A stretch of DNA of 64,000 bases from a virus (IMGVR_UViG_2706795367_000001:1-64000), one strand, 5' to 3'. Positions 46,609-54,948 are shown, counted from the stretch's first letter. Notes: a model not told the origin generated them from the sequence alone. Translations and numbers: made by a program.

Positions 46609-46970
46609 GCTTCCTCCTCTGACAGAATTGCGAGAATCTCATTGACGCTGACGACCTGCGCACCATTCCAGTCGTCCTCCCAGGGGTCTCGCAGATGAGG
46701 GGCCGCGGTGCACAGGTCCCGCAATTTCCGTTCACGCTCACGAGTCCGCTCAACCTCGGCCACCAGCTCAGGGATGAGAGTCCGGGATGCCGCGATGAAC
46801 TCGCCGTCATGGTCGGGCAGTCCGTAGGTCATGGACTCGCCAGCGCCGTCGAAGAGGATCGACTCTGCGTAGTCGCCGTTCTGGTTCTGTCCGCCCCAGT
46901 GCTGGAACGTCCATGGCCCTTCGGTCACGCCTTCCAGTGCGCCCTTGGCGCGCTCAACAACATCACTCAC
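46605..46970 (-). CDS. modular array protein, family B
   Basis: MSDVVERAK...TEGPW...FIAASRTLIPELVAEVER. Confidence 0.75.
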   Translation of the reverse strand: MSDVVERAKGALEGVTEGPWTFQHWGGQNQNGDYAESILFDGAGESMTYGLPDHDGEFIAASRTLIPELVAEVERTRERERKLRDLCTAAPHLRDPWEDDWNGAQVVSVNEILAILSEEEA

Positions 46971-47379
46971 GGTCTTCCCCCTCGGCTACAGCAGCAGCAG
47001 CAGCAGCGAGTAGGGCAGCGCCGAAGTCGCGCAGCTGATCGTCGTCCCAGTCGTAGCAGTCGTCCCTGCCAATGTCTTCCAGACGCAGCTGAGTCCAACC
47101 GTCCTTGAACGTCACCACCGTGCCGTCGGCAAACGTGGTGTTCCCGTACTCGTCCACGTCCGGTTCGGGTAGTTGGATTACCGCCACACCCGGAAGAGAC
47201 GCAATGACATCAGCGACATGTGAGTCATGGTCTCCACCGTCCTGCTCGGTCCATTCGCAGCCCATGCAGGCATCGAGGTTCAACAGGAACTCCTGGCGGC
47301 GCGGATGGTTGATCCGCTTCGTCGTCGGCTTGTGCGCTTTGATGGCTTCTGTGAGTACTGCACGCAACTCCCCGCTCAC
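46963..47379 (-). CDS. modular array protein, family A
   Basis: ELRAVLTEA...CMGC...PGVAVIQLPEPD...AAAAVAEGE. Confidence 0.75.
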   Translation of the reverse strand: MSGELRAVLTEAIKAHKPTTKRINHPRRQEFLLNLDACMGCEWTEQDGGDHDSHVADVIASLPGVAVIQLPEPDVDEYGNTTFADGTVVTFKDGWTQLRLEDIGRDDCYDWDDDQLRDFGAALLAAAAAAVAEGEDRE

Positions 47380-47744
47380 GCCTCCTCCAAAGAGTCCGTA
47401 GGGATGTAGAGCACGCGGGCCGGAAGGTCGACCTCATCGCTTGGGCAGGGCACTTCGTAACCGCTGCGATACCAAGGCCCATACAGGGCGGCGAGGTGAT
47501 GATCGGCCCAGTTGACGTAGTTGTCCCCGATGTCTGACCCTCCGAGTGGCATGATCACTGCCCCAATTGGTAGCGCGTCGAGTTCTTCGACGGTCTCGAC
47601 CACCTTGGGGCGCAGACGCTCAACCTCGGCTACCAATTCGGCGAGCAGCCGGTAGGACCGGCCCGGTGCGACCGCGACCCGAGACCCCTTCGCCACTTCG
47701 TAGTCGACCAGCGCAGCCTTGGCGCGCTCAACAACATCACTCAT
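47376..47744 (-). CDS. modular array protein, family B
   Basis: MSDVVERAK...ELVAEVERLRP...LPARVLYIP. Confidence 0.75.
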   Translation of the reverse strand: MSDVVERAKAALVDYEVAKGSRVAVAPGRSYRLLAELVAEVERLRPKVVETVEELDALPIGAVIMPLGGSDIGDNYVNWADHHLAALYGPWYRSGYEVPCPSDEVDLPARVLYIPTDSLEEA

Positions 47745-48021
47745 CAGGTATCTCCATCCAGTGGGTAACGAATCGGGTTGCAGGCTCTGGCACGCCCAGC
47801 TCGAAGATGCTCTCGATTACGCGGGTTTCCCGCCTGAGTCCTCCGAGGGCTCTGTCGATCTCGGCGGCGACGTGGGCCTCGAAATCGTCGAGCGAACCGT
47901 CGCGGAAATCACATTCACCCACCCGCGTACCCTGGCAGCGGGAGTGTCCAGTTTCCAGGTTTAACGTCCGCCGGTGTCGGCGCTGAACCGCGATCATGAT
48001 CTTCTGCGCGTCCCCGCTCAT
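47737..48021 (-). CDS. modular array protein, family C
   Basis: MSGDAQ...EIDRALGGLR. Confidence 0.75.
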   Translation of the reverse strand: MSGDAQKIMIAVQRRHRRTLNLETGHSRCQGTRVGECDFRDGSLDDFEAHVAAEIDRALGGLRRETRVIESIFELGVPEPATRFVTHWMEIPDE

Positions 48022-48515
48022 GCTTCCTCCCCGGGGCTGTAGGCGTGACCGAGAAACCGCGCCGGGACGGCGGACGGATCAGTCGTCCACGCGGCGTACT
48101 CAGCCCATGTCATGCCAAGGAAGGTGTGCAGTGGCATGCCGTCATCGGGGCTGGTGTGCCAGCGTTCGATCAACTCGTCCAGGTACCGGTTCCAGGCCGG
48201 GATGGTGACCGGGATGCCTTTGCATGAATGGATGACCTCGAACACCCACTTGCCGCATCGTTCGCATTCAGCGCGGCCATCACCGCGATGGCACTGAACG
48301 GCGCGGTCTTCCGCAGCGCCCATTAACGCTTCGAATGCCACAAACCTCGGATTGCCAGTCACGCTTCCTCCCCCTGTAGCTGCGAGAACGTCTTCGTAGG
48401 TGTCCCACCACTGCGGGCAGTCGTTGCAGAACCACTCTCCGGGCCGAGAGTCGCTGCTCGTTCCGGGGCCGCTTTCTGGCCGCTTGATCACGACACGGTG
48501 CGCGCATCGATTCAC
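48018..48515 (-). CDS. apparent in-frame fusion of two small genes (internal GTG start at 48362)
   Basis: Internal GGAGGAAGCGTGA coupling motif; C-half paralogous to 42793-43089. Confidence 0.65.
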   Translation of the reverse strand: MNRCAHRVVIKRPESGPGTSSDSRPGEWFCNDCPQWWDTYEDVLAATGGGSVTGNPRFVAFEALMGAAEDRAVQCHRGDGRAECERCGKWVFEVIHSCKGIPVTIPAWNRYLDELIERWHTSPDDGMPLHTFLGMTWAEYAAWTTDPSAVPARFLGHAYSPGEEA

Positions 48516-48748
48516 GGGTGTTCCTCCCCTGTAGCCACAACCGCAGCAGCAGCGGCAGCGGCCATCGCGGCGTCCAACGTTTCCTCATACCCCCACGCCA
48601 AAACCCGTCCGCACGTGTTGTCCTCCACAGACCAACGGAAGTCACCAGCCACATCGGGCGGGATGATCCACGCGTTGCGCCGGTCACCGAGGAGTTCTGC
48701 CCGCCACCTACCGGGGCCAACAAAACCGGTGAACCATTCCCACGTCAT
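48512..48748 (-). CDS. hypothetical protein
   Basis: MTWEWF...AAAAVVATGEE. Confidence 0.7.
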   Translation of the reverse strand: MTWEWFTGFVGPGRWRAELLGDRRNAWIIPPDVAGDFRWSVEDNTCGRVLAWGYEETLDAAMAAAAAAAVVATGEEHP

Positions 48749-48840
48749 CACGCCTCGCTCCATCCCGACACCCAGCGGGAACGGACTTCGTAGCAATCAT
48801 CCGGCCACTGATCGTCTTGGTAGTACGGCTGATGGCCCAT
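48748..48840 (-). pseudogene. 30-aa chimeric remnant ORF
   Basis: MGHQPYYQDDQWPDDCYEVRSRWVSGWSEA; C-terminus identical to that of 46255-46608. Confidence 0.55.
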
Positions 48841-49238
48841 CATTCCTCCGCCTCTTCTGCATAGCTGGCGGCTGCCAGGATCGAGGCCGCCAATCCGCGT
48901 GCTTCATCGACGCTCAGCGGCTCGTCGCACCAAGCGCCCGCCCGGATCTGGACCTCGCCCGGATGCCCGTCGAACACCACCGGCACATACAGGCCGACAC
49001 CGGGAAAGTCGGTGAACTCCTGCTCTTCGTCTTCATGCTCGTCGGGTTCGGGTAGTTGGATTACCGCCACACCCGGAGCCGTATCGAGAGCGTCAAGTTG
49101 GTGCGCGGCGAACTCGGCGGCGTCGGTGACGGCTGGGTTGGCCGGTTCCCAGTCACACCCCGAGCAGTTGAATCCGTAATTCTCCGGCTGGTGTCCGGCG
49201 AGGGCTTCTGTGAGTACTGCACGCAACTCGGGGTTCAC
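48840..49238 (-). CDS. modular array protein, family A
   Basis: ELRAVLTEA...CSGC...PGVAVIQLPEPD. Confidence 0.75.
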   Translation of the reverse strand: MNPELRAVLTEALAGHQPENYGFNCSGCDWEPANPAVTDAAEFAAHQLDALDTAPGVAVIQLPEPDEHEDEEQEFTDFPGVGLYVPVVFDGHPGEVQIRAGAWCDEPLSVDEARGLAASILAAASYAEEAEE

Positions 49239-49477
49239 TGTTCCCCCTCGGCAGCAACATCATCCAAATACGCGGGGCATCTACCTTCTTCCACGAGTGT
49301 CATGTTCGTGATGTCCGCAGAGAACAGGGCCGACGGCCAGTACTTGTCGTCGAGGCTTTCGAATTCCCGTCGAACTTCGTTGTAGTCACTGTCGATCTTC
49401 CAATCGATTTCGTGCGCTTCGATGCGGTCCCCTGGGGAGATGCCATCGCGGGTCCAGAAGATTCCGTAGACTTTCAT
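49235..49477 (-). CDS. hypothetical protein
   Basis: GAGG RBS; overlap. Confidence 0.7.
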   Translation of the reverse strand: MKVYGIFWTRDGISPGDRIEAHEIDWKIDSDYNEVRREFESLDDKYWPSALFSADITNMTLVEEGRCPAYLDDVAAEGEQ

Positions 49478-49524
49478 GCCTCGTCGCCTTTCAGTTCTCG
49501 GTTCCGTTCAATGGCCTGCCACAT

Positions 49525-49659
49525 TCACTTCTTCACTCCTTTGATCAGCTCCCGGATCTTGTCCTGCGACAGAGCCTCGCGGGCGATACCTACGATCAGC
49601 CCGCCGACGAGAGCGCCGGCGATACCGATACCTCCTGCGGCGATGCCCAGCAGTTTCAT
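49525..49659 (-). CDS. small membrane protein
   Basis: MKLLGIAAGGIGIAGALVGGLIVG. Confidence 0.6.
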   Translation of the reverse strand: MKLLGIAAGGIGIAGALVGGLIVGIAREALSQDKIRELIKGVKK

Positions 49660-49925
49660 AGACCCAGCTCCTCGGTGGTGTAGATGAGCTTTGCGGTGTC
49701 GCAGGGCCAATCGACCTCGCAGTGTTCGCATACGCGGTCTCTGAGTCGGCAGTCCTCTCCGCTGCAGCAGGCGTTGATGCAGTTGCTCCACCGAGGGCGG
49801 TGCAGTTCGCGGATCGGCTCCAACGCCTCACGGGCAGCGACAATTGCTGTGGGCCACGGTGGGGTGTCCAAGTCGTACTGGGCCTTCCATGCCCGTTGTG
49901 CGGCTTCTACTGCTGGATCACTCAT
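49656..49925 (-). CDS. Cys-rich hypothetical protein
   Basis: MSDPAVEAAQRAW...IRELHRP...CEHC..DWPC. Confidence 0.75.
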   Translation of the reverse strand: MSDPAVEAAQRAWKAQYDLDTPPWPTAIVAAREALEPIRELHRPRWSNCINACCSGEDCRLRDRVCEHCEVDWPCDTAKLIYTTEELGL

Positions 49926-50178
49926 CGCCAGCCTCCAACACTTTGGTGATCATGCCCCGGAGACCGGTCAGCTCTTCGCGGGAGAATCTCCCGGCAACCC
50001 ATCCCTGAGTGCCGGAGTCGTTTGTCTTTTTCAGCTCAAACTCGCGGCCGTAATGCCTACGGTCGAAGTCGTGATCCCTCAACTTTAGGATCTGCCAATG
50101 ATCTTCACTGAAGCCGGGAAGGGTGGAGATGTAGAGGCCGAGGATTTCTTCGCCCCACTGGTTCTGGTGCTGGGTCAC
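49918..50178 (-). CDS. hypothetical protein
   Basis: GAGGA RBS; GTGA overlap. Confidence 0.65.
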   Translation of the reverse strand: MTQHQNQWGEEILGLYISTLPGFSEDHWQILKLRDHDFDRRHYGREFELKKTNDSGTQGWVAGRFSREELTGLRGMITKVLEAGDE

Positions 50179-50492
50179 TTCTTCCTCGAAATCCGGTAGC
50201 CGAGAGAATCCGCCCACTGCTTGAGTAACGCCACCTGGCCCTCAATGGTGCGATGAGAGCTCACATACCAGCCGGTGTGGACTTTCGTGGAGAAGTTCCC
50301 GCCGACCGCGATCAGCTGAGTGGCATCGGCGTGCTCGGCGGCCTGCACATTCACGTTGTTCACGTAGATCCCGACGCCGAAGGTTCCGCCCTGGTTCATG
50401 TTGAGCTTGATTCCCTCAACGAAATCGTCGGGGTATTTCTCCAGCTGATCGAAACCGTCGTTGAGAATGGTTAGGTTGGTCATGTATCCCAT
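50175..50492 (-). CDS. hypothetical protein
   Basis: GGGAGG RBS; MGYMTNLTILND. Confidence 0.7.
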   Translation of the reverse strand: MGYMTNLTILNDGFDQLEKYPDDFVEGIKLNMNQGGTFGVGIYVNNVNVQAAEHADATQLIAVGGNFSTKVHTGWYVSSHRTIEGQVALLKQWADSLGYRISRKK

Positions 50493-50689
50493 CACGCCTC
50501 CCGAAACTGTTGCCTGAGCCATTCCCTGGCCTCTTCACGCTGGACCATCACTCGCCGGCCGATGCGGGCGTACCGCGGTCCGTAGCCCACCTGGCGCCAA
50601 TACCGCGCCGTGGCGAGCGACACCTGCGCCTCACGGGCGAAGTCTTCGAGCGTCATGAGGAACGGCTCGTTTGAAGTGTGCTGCTGCAT
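50492..50689 (-). CDS. xis: excisionase / HTH recombination directionality factor
   Basis: LMTLEDFA...TARYWRQVGYGPRYARIGRRV; divergent from int; TACAGT 7 nt before ATG. Confidence 0.8.
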   Translation of the reverse strand: MQQHTSNEPFLMTLEDFAREAQVSLATARYWRQVGYGPRYARIGRRVMVQREEAREWLRQQFREA

Positions 50690-50765
50690 GAACCTAACTG
50701 TACTTCACTACGGGGCGTTATGGAATGCAGTGCAGTGTTGAGATTCCTCAACAAAAACGGTTTCC

Positions 50766-50788
50766 CTGCATACGCTGTCCGTATGCAG
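50766..50788. promoter_or_regulatory. inverted TGCATAC sites over int -10 and start codon
   Basis: CTGCATACG-CTGTC-CGTATGCAG; same heptamer as the attP arm repeats. Confidence 0.65.
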
Positions 50789-52009
50789 AACAGAACTCCG
50801 GGGCGGCACGGCGTCGCCGACATGTGGTACCGAGACGACGGAACCCCCACCAACCTCGCAACCCCCGGGTCCAGCCCCAAAAGCCCCTCGGGTAGCGGCG
50901 CGCGCTGGAGAGCCTGGTACATCGACACCGCGGGCAGGCAGCGTACGAAGAAGTTCCCGAACAAGAAGGCGGCCGAGCGGTGGGCCGACAAGCAGGCCGG
51001 CGACGTCAACGCCGGAGCCTGGGCGGACCCGCAGGCCCAGAAGGAAACGTTCTCCGTCGTCGCGGAGAAGTGGTACGCCACCAAGTCCAACCGGGAAGCC
51101 ACCACCAAGCACGGCTACCGCAACATCCTCGACACGATCGTCCTACCCAAATGGGGCGACACCCCGATCCACAAAATCGACCACGAGAGCCTTCAAGACT
51201 GGGTGAACGAGCTGTCAACGACGGGGGAGTACCGCACCAAGGGGGAGGGCGGCTTCTCGGCCTCTAGGACCATCCAGATCCACCTAGTGGTCAACGGGGT
51301 GATGAAGTACGCCCTGCGCACCGACCGCATCCTCAAGAACCCCGCAGAGGGCCTGGAGCTGCCCACCAAACGGAAAAACACCCGGCAGCGCTACCTCACC
51401 CACAAACAGCTCCAAGAGTTTGCCGCGGAGATGGGCCGCTTTGAGGGCCTGACGCTCCTCCTGGGCTACTGCGGGGCCCGGACGAGCGAAGCCTTCGGGG
51501 CGCGGGGTAGAGACTTCCGCGGGCGCATCTGGGAGCTTTACGGGGCCATCGTGAGGAACGTCGAGAAGGACACCAAGACCCACCGGGCCCGATTCATCCC
51601 CATTCCCGACGTTGTGTGGGACAAGATCCAGATGCCGGCCAATCCGGACGCCCTGGTGTTCCCCGGCCGCCGCGGGCACATCACCAACGGCGAGTACCGC
51701 TGGGCCTTCGACGGGGCGCTCAGGACGATGCAGGAGCGCACAGAGAAGCTACGGGCCGAGGAGATTGCCGAGACCGGCCGGGCCACCACTCCAGCCTTCC
51801 CCCGGATCACCCCGCACGACCTCCGGCACACCTGCGCCTCGCTGGCCATCTCCTCCGGCGCCAACGTCAAGGCGGTCCAGAACCTTCTGGGACACGCCAC
51901 CGCGGTGATGACTTTGGACCTCTACGGGCATTTGCTTTCGGACGATTTGGACCGGGTGATGACCGCTCTCAACGAAGCGGCGGCCGCCGCGTCACCTCGC
52001 AGTTTGTGA
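50783..52009 (+). CDS. int: tyrosine integrase
   Basis: CGARTSE (R), KT, HDLRH, LLGH, DLY catalytic residues; probable leaderless ATG at 50783. Confidence 0.97.
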   Translation: MQNRTPGRHGVADMWYRDDGTPTNLATPGSSPKSPSGSGARWRAWYIDTAGRQRTKKFPNKKAAERWADKQAGDVNAGAWADPQAQKETFSVVAEKWYATKSNREATTKHGYRNILDTIVLPKWGDTPIHKIDHESLQDWVNELSTTGEYRTKGEGGFSASRTIQIHLVVNGVMKYALRTDRILKNPAEGLELPTKRKNTRQRYLTHKQLQEFAAEMGRFEGLTLLLGYCGARTSEAFGARGRDFRGRIWELYGAIVRNVEKDTKTHRARFIPIPDVVWDKIQMPANPDALVFPGRRGHITNGEYRWAFDGALRTMQERTEKLRAEEIAETGRATTPAFPRITPHDLRHTCASLAISSGANVKAVQNLLGHATAVMTLDLYGHLLSDDLDRVMTALNEAAAAASPRSL

Positions 52010-52040
52010 TGACTGAAGATGGCTCATACGTACCGTTCAA

Positions 52041-52274
52041 GCATACTATCTGCATACGGCTGGGATTTGCATACCGTCTCGATCTTGAAAAAGTGCCTCT
52101 GACCAGTGCCCTCGGTGAGATTCGAACTCACACTGTACGGGTTTTGAATTTTTTGATCTGGCGTTTTCTACCTGTGGGATTGCAGATCCTCAACGCTATT
52201 TCTGCAGGCAGGAGTGCGTACGAGCGGTGATTGTTGGCGGCAGCGTGGTCCCATGGTGCATACGATTTGCATAC
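52041..52274. other. attP: attP site: tRNA-Leu(CAA) 3'-half core flanked by arm-type repeats
   Basis: Core 52106-52149 reverse-complements to TTCAAAA...GTGAGTTCGAATCTCACCGAGGGCAC; (T)GCATAC at 52041, 52051, 52068, 52257, 52268. Confidence 0.9.
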
Positions 52275-52530
52275 GGTTGGCCCGATCCGGGGAGCGGCCG
52301 AGCAGAGTCGGAGTCGGCGCTCGGGGTGCCGCAGCAAACACTTTGCTGGCCCGCCCCTGCCCTAATAGTTAGCTTGGCTAGGCGGGGCGGAACACTGCTC
52401 TCACCCGACCACGTGCGGGCCAGGGCGCCGCATCATAGTCGAGAAATCCCTGGTCGACTCTAAGAAGTTACTGAGAAAAAATAAACCTTACGGGAATGGT
52501 CGCCAAAGTCCCATAACCTGTAATAGGACA

Positions 52531-52645
52531 GTGCGTAAGCACGAACAGCGATGCGAGAGCCTGCGAAGCATTCAGTGCGCCGTCAGGCGCACTCTACCGC
52601 CTACGGCCCGGAGCCCGGCACGTTGGTGAGTGGGTCACCAACCGG
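52531..52645. other. cluster of hairpins in non-coding DNA right of attP
   Basis: GTGC-GTAA-GCAC; AGTGCGCC-GTCA-GGCGCACT; GTTGGTGA-GTGGG-TCACCAAC. Confidence 0.5.
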
Positions 52646-52836
52646 GGTTACGCAACTGGGGTACGGCACTTGCGCGGGCGCGCGGGGACACCAAAATCCG
52701 CAGCGCTCTGAGGTTTGATTTCCATCACACTGTGGTACGATCATGGTTGAAACGTACTTTTAGGAGGCGCCTGGGATGCGAAGTCTGTCCTGGTGTCTGT
52801 TCAGGATGACGGCCGGACATTGAAGGTGTTTCTCAG

Positions 52837-53046
52837 TTGACCAGATATTTCTATGTTCCAGGCATGATGTACCCGTACTGGATCGTGTCCGAGGAGAAGG
52901 ACTGGCCCCGCCCGGGTGATGCGACGACGGTGGCGATGAATTCGGCCGCGAGCACCGACATGGGCAACCTGTACGGGGATGAGTTCTCCCAGTTCTTTCC
53001 GCACGCCGTGGAGATCACGAAGGAACAGTACGAGGCGCGCGCATGA
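52837..53046 (+). CDS. hypothetical protein
   Basis: GAAGG RBS + TTG; extended -10 TGG-TACGAT near 52733-52741. Confidence 0.65.
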   Translation: MTRYFYVPGMMYPYWIVSEEKDWPRPGDATTVAMNSAASTDMGNLYGDEFSQFFPHAVEITKEQYEARA

Positions 53047-53198
53047 GCCCCCTGCCGCCGGCCCGCACTATTCATTGACCCAGATGCGATGGAGCTCGCG
53101 AGGAGTAGCACGGATGCCCGCGCGTGACCCCTTGCCTCTTCAAGGCTTGATTCAGCAAATACTGTCGCACCCGTAGGTAATTTTCGGTAGTCTGGGCA

Positions 53199-53453
53199 AT
53201 GATGCTACGAGGGGTTTTAGCAGTAGCGATCATGGTGGGGATTGGTGCGGCGGGGGCCGCGCCGGCTGAAGCAGACGGCTGTTCTCGCCCGGTCGTGCTA
53301 CTCAACGGTGAAGAGGTGTCGCAGACGCATTCGCCTACGCTGCGATGCAATGGCGTGGGCGGTTCACTCGGCGGCGGCGGAGCGCGCCCCAGGGGCCTCC
53401 TGGGCGACTTTCCGATAGTGGGCAACCTGCCCGGGCTAGGCGGCATCCTTTAA
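53199..53453 (+). CDS. small secreted protein
   Basis: Signal peptide ending AEA; two Cys. Confidence 0.7.
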   Translation: MMLRGVLAVAIMVGIGAAGAAPAEADGCSRPVVLLNGEEVSQTHSPTLRCNGVGGSLGGGGARPRGLLGDFPIVGNLPGLGGIL

Positions 53454-54143
53454 GGCTCGTCGCAGCTCGCTGAAGCCCTTCATCTTTTGCTGCCAGGAGT
53501 AGGCCGCCGCGATGGCGAAGCCTATCAGCCACACCACGGTGCCCATGAGAATCATCCAGTAGGCGCGCTCCCCGCCCCATAGGTTGACGTCGGTCATCAT
53601 ACACACGAGGGCGGCCATCTGGCCGAGCTGGGCCAGAAAACCTGCGGCGCAGGGCACCAGGAACAGGATGGCCATGCGCCGCTGCCGCTCATCGCAGACG
53701 AGGACCAGTAGCGCCAGGATCGCAAACCCTAGAAGGTACGCGGTGGTTGCGGTCATCACCGTGGAATAGATCTCCAGGTACAGCGGGATGCTCCATCGCC
53801 GTCCGTGCAACTCGGCCGTAAACCCTCCGCCGAGGAATAGCGCACCCAGCATGGCGAGCACGCCCACGATCATCGGATTGGCCACCCACCGTCGGACGAT
53901 GTGCCAGGTGTCTCCTTCTATGCGGGAGACCGCGGTGGTGGCGATGGCCCCGGCGCCGGCGACCAAACAGATGTGTCCGGCCACCTGGAGCAGGCCGAGA
54001 CAAAAGGTGAGAACGATGCTGAGCCCAAGGAGGGCTACAGCGATGGTGGACGCCAGCTCCCAGCGCAGGGACCAGGTCATCCATCGCACCCGGAGGCTCC
54101 AGCCGAGGCAGGAGAGGGCAGCGATCGTTAGGGCGGTTGTCAT
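53436..54143 (-). CDS. polytopic membrane protein downstream of repressor
   Basis: About 7 hydrophobic segments; same strand as repressor. Confidence 0.85.
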   Translation of the reverse strand: MTTALTIAALSCLGWSLRVRWMTWSLRWELASTIAVALLGLSIVLTFCLGLLQVAGHICLVAGAGAIATTAVSRIEGDTWHIVRRWVANPMIVGVLAMLGALFLGGGFTAELHGRRWSIPLYLEIYSTVMTATTAYLLGFAILALLVLVCDERQRRMAILFLVPCAAGFLAQLGQMAALVCMMTDVNLWGGERAYWMILMGTVVWLIGFAIAAAYSWQQKMKGFSELRRALKDAA

Positions 54144-54249
54144 GCTTGGCCTTCAGAAAAAAGAAGCGGAACGGTCACGGCCAAGTAAACCCTTTATTAA
54201 ACAAGATCAACAGGGGCTTAAGAAGATATTAAGGCCCGTTGCCGAATTG

Positions 54250-54669
54250 TTATATAGGCGGAGCGTCCTGACGGGCGCGGAACCTAGCCAGCCTGCCCGT
54301 CGTCTTCCTCGTCGCTACTTTTAAAGAGCTGGGCTCAGTCCTGTCCAGGACCTCTTCCAGCAGTCGCTCGGTCTCGACCATGCCGAGATCGGGCTCGTGT
54401 CGCACCACGGTGTCGTACTCCTCCTTTCGGCCGTAGCCGGCGGCGGCCATCGCATCGGGGAGCGTCGACCCTTCGCCGAACTGGCGCCAAAAGTTCACCA
54501 CCTTGTCGGCCGACGGGCGCTTGAAGCCCTCGGCCTTGATCCAGTTGCCGACCATCGAACCCGATGCGTCGACCAGTTCGCCGATCTGCTCGTTGGTCAG
54601 ATCGCCCCGGTGTGCCTCTAGTTGACGCAGCACGTACCGGGACCATGTCTGCGCGTAATCCTCATCCAT
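54250..54669 (-). CDS. immunity repressor (XRE HTH)
   Basis: LTNEQIGELVDASGSMVGNWIK...RPS; divergent from cro-like gene; leaderless promoter. Confidence 0.8.
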   Translation of the reverse strand: MDEDYAQTWSRYVLRQLEAHRGDLTNEQIGELVDASGSMVGNWIKAEGFKRPSADKVVNFWRQFGEGSTLPDAMAAAGYGRKEEYDTVVRHEPDLGMVETERLLEEVLDRTEPSSLKVATRKTTGRLARFRARQDAPPI

Positions 54670-54676
54670 GGTGAAA

Positions 54677-54920
54677 ACGCTACTCCATCGTATTGAGATG
54701 TTGCAACAGTGTCGATTTAACTGCGGTGCGGATTTCGTAGCCAAAACCGCTGCTCAGGAACTAATCCGTTGTCTCGCAACAATGTAACTCGACGCCCGAA
54801 AGCGTTGCGGCAACGCAACATTTCGAGGCTGGGGCGTTTGCCAACTCCTTGCGCAGGGTAGGACCATCGCACTACAGTGAAGCGCATCACGAAGTGCAGT
54901 TCACTTGCACGGCAACACCA
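54677..54920. promoter_or_regulatory. genetic switch: divergent promoters and operator-like palindromes
   Basis: Leftward TTGCAA-N18-TAGCGT; rightward TTGCGC-N18-TACAGT (54849-54878); palindromes TGTTGCAACA (54699-54708) and GCGTTGC-G-GCAACGC (54802-54816). Confidence 0.7.
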
Positions 54921-54948
54921 GGGCAGTACCTGAAGGGGATGGTGACTG

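Larger units (their letters stand above)
46259..49229. repeat. dispersed 14-33 bp direct repeats within small-gene array
   Basis: Exact pairs: 46259-46287=48752-48780; 46943-46969=47717-47743; 47162-47194=49045-49077; 47344-47370=49203-49229; 46603-46617=48016-48030; 46747-46760=47617-47630. Near-exact: 46428-46458 vs 47832-47862 (2 mismatches). Confidence 0.95.

Noticed and set aside
46255-49238. CRISPR array or integron
   Set aside because: Repeats are several different sequences in pairs, in coding frame, irregularly spaced; no cas genes or attC-like palindromes.
50678-50782. Longer N-terminus for integrase from the ORF track
   Set aside because: Overlaps the xis start and the divergent promoter region; ATG 50783 with a -10 six bases upstream is more plausible.
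52106-52149. tRNA-Leu gene on minus strand
   Set aside because: Only the anticodon loop to 3' acceptor strand is present; it is the attP common core next to int.
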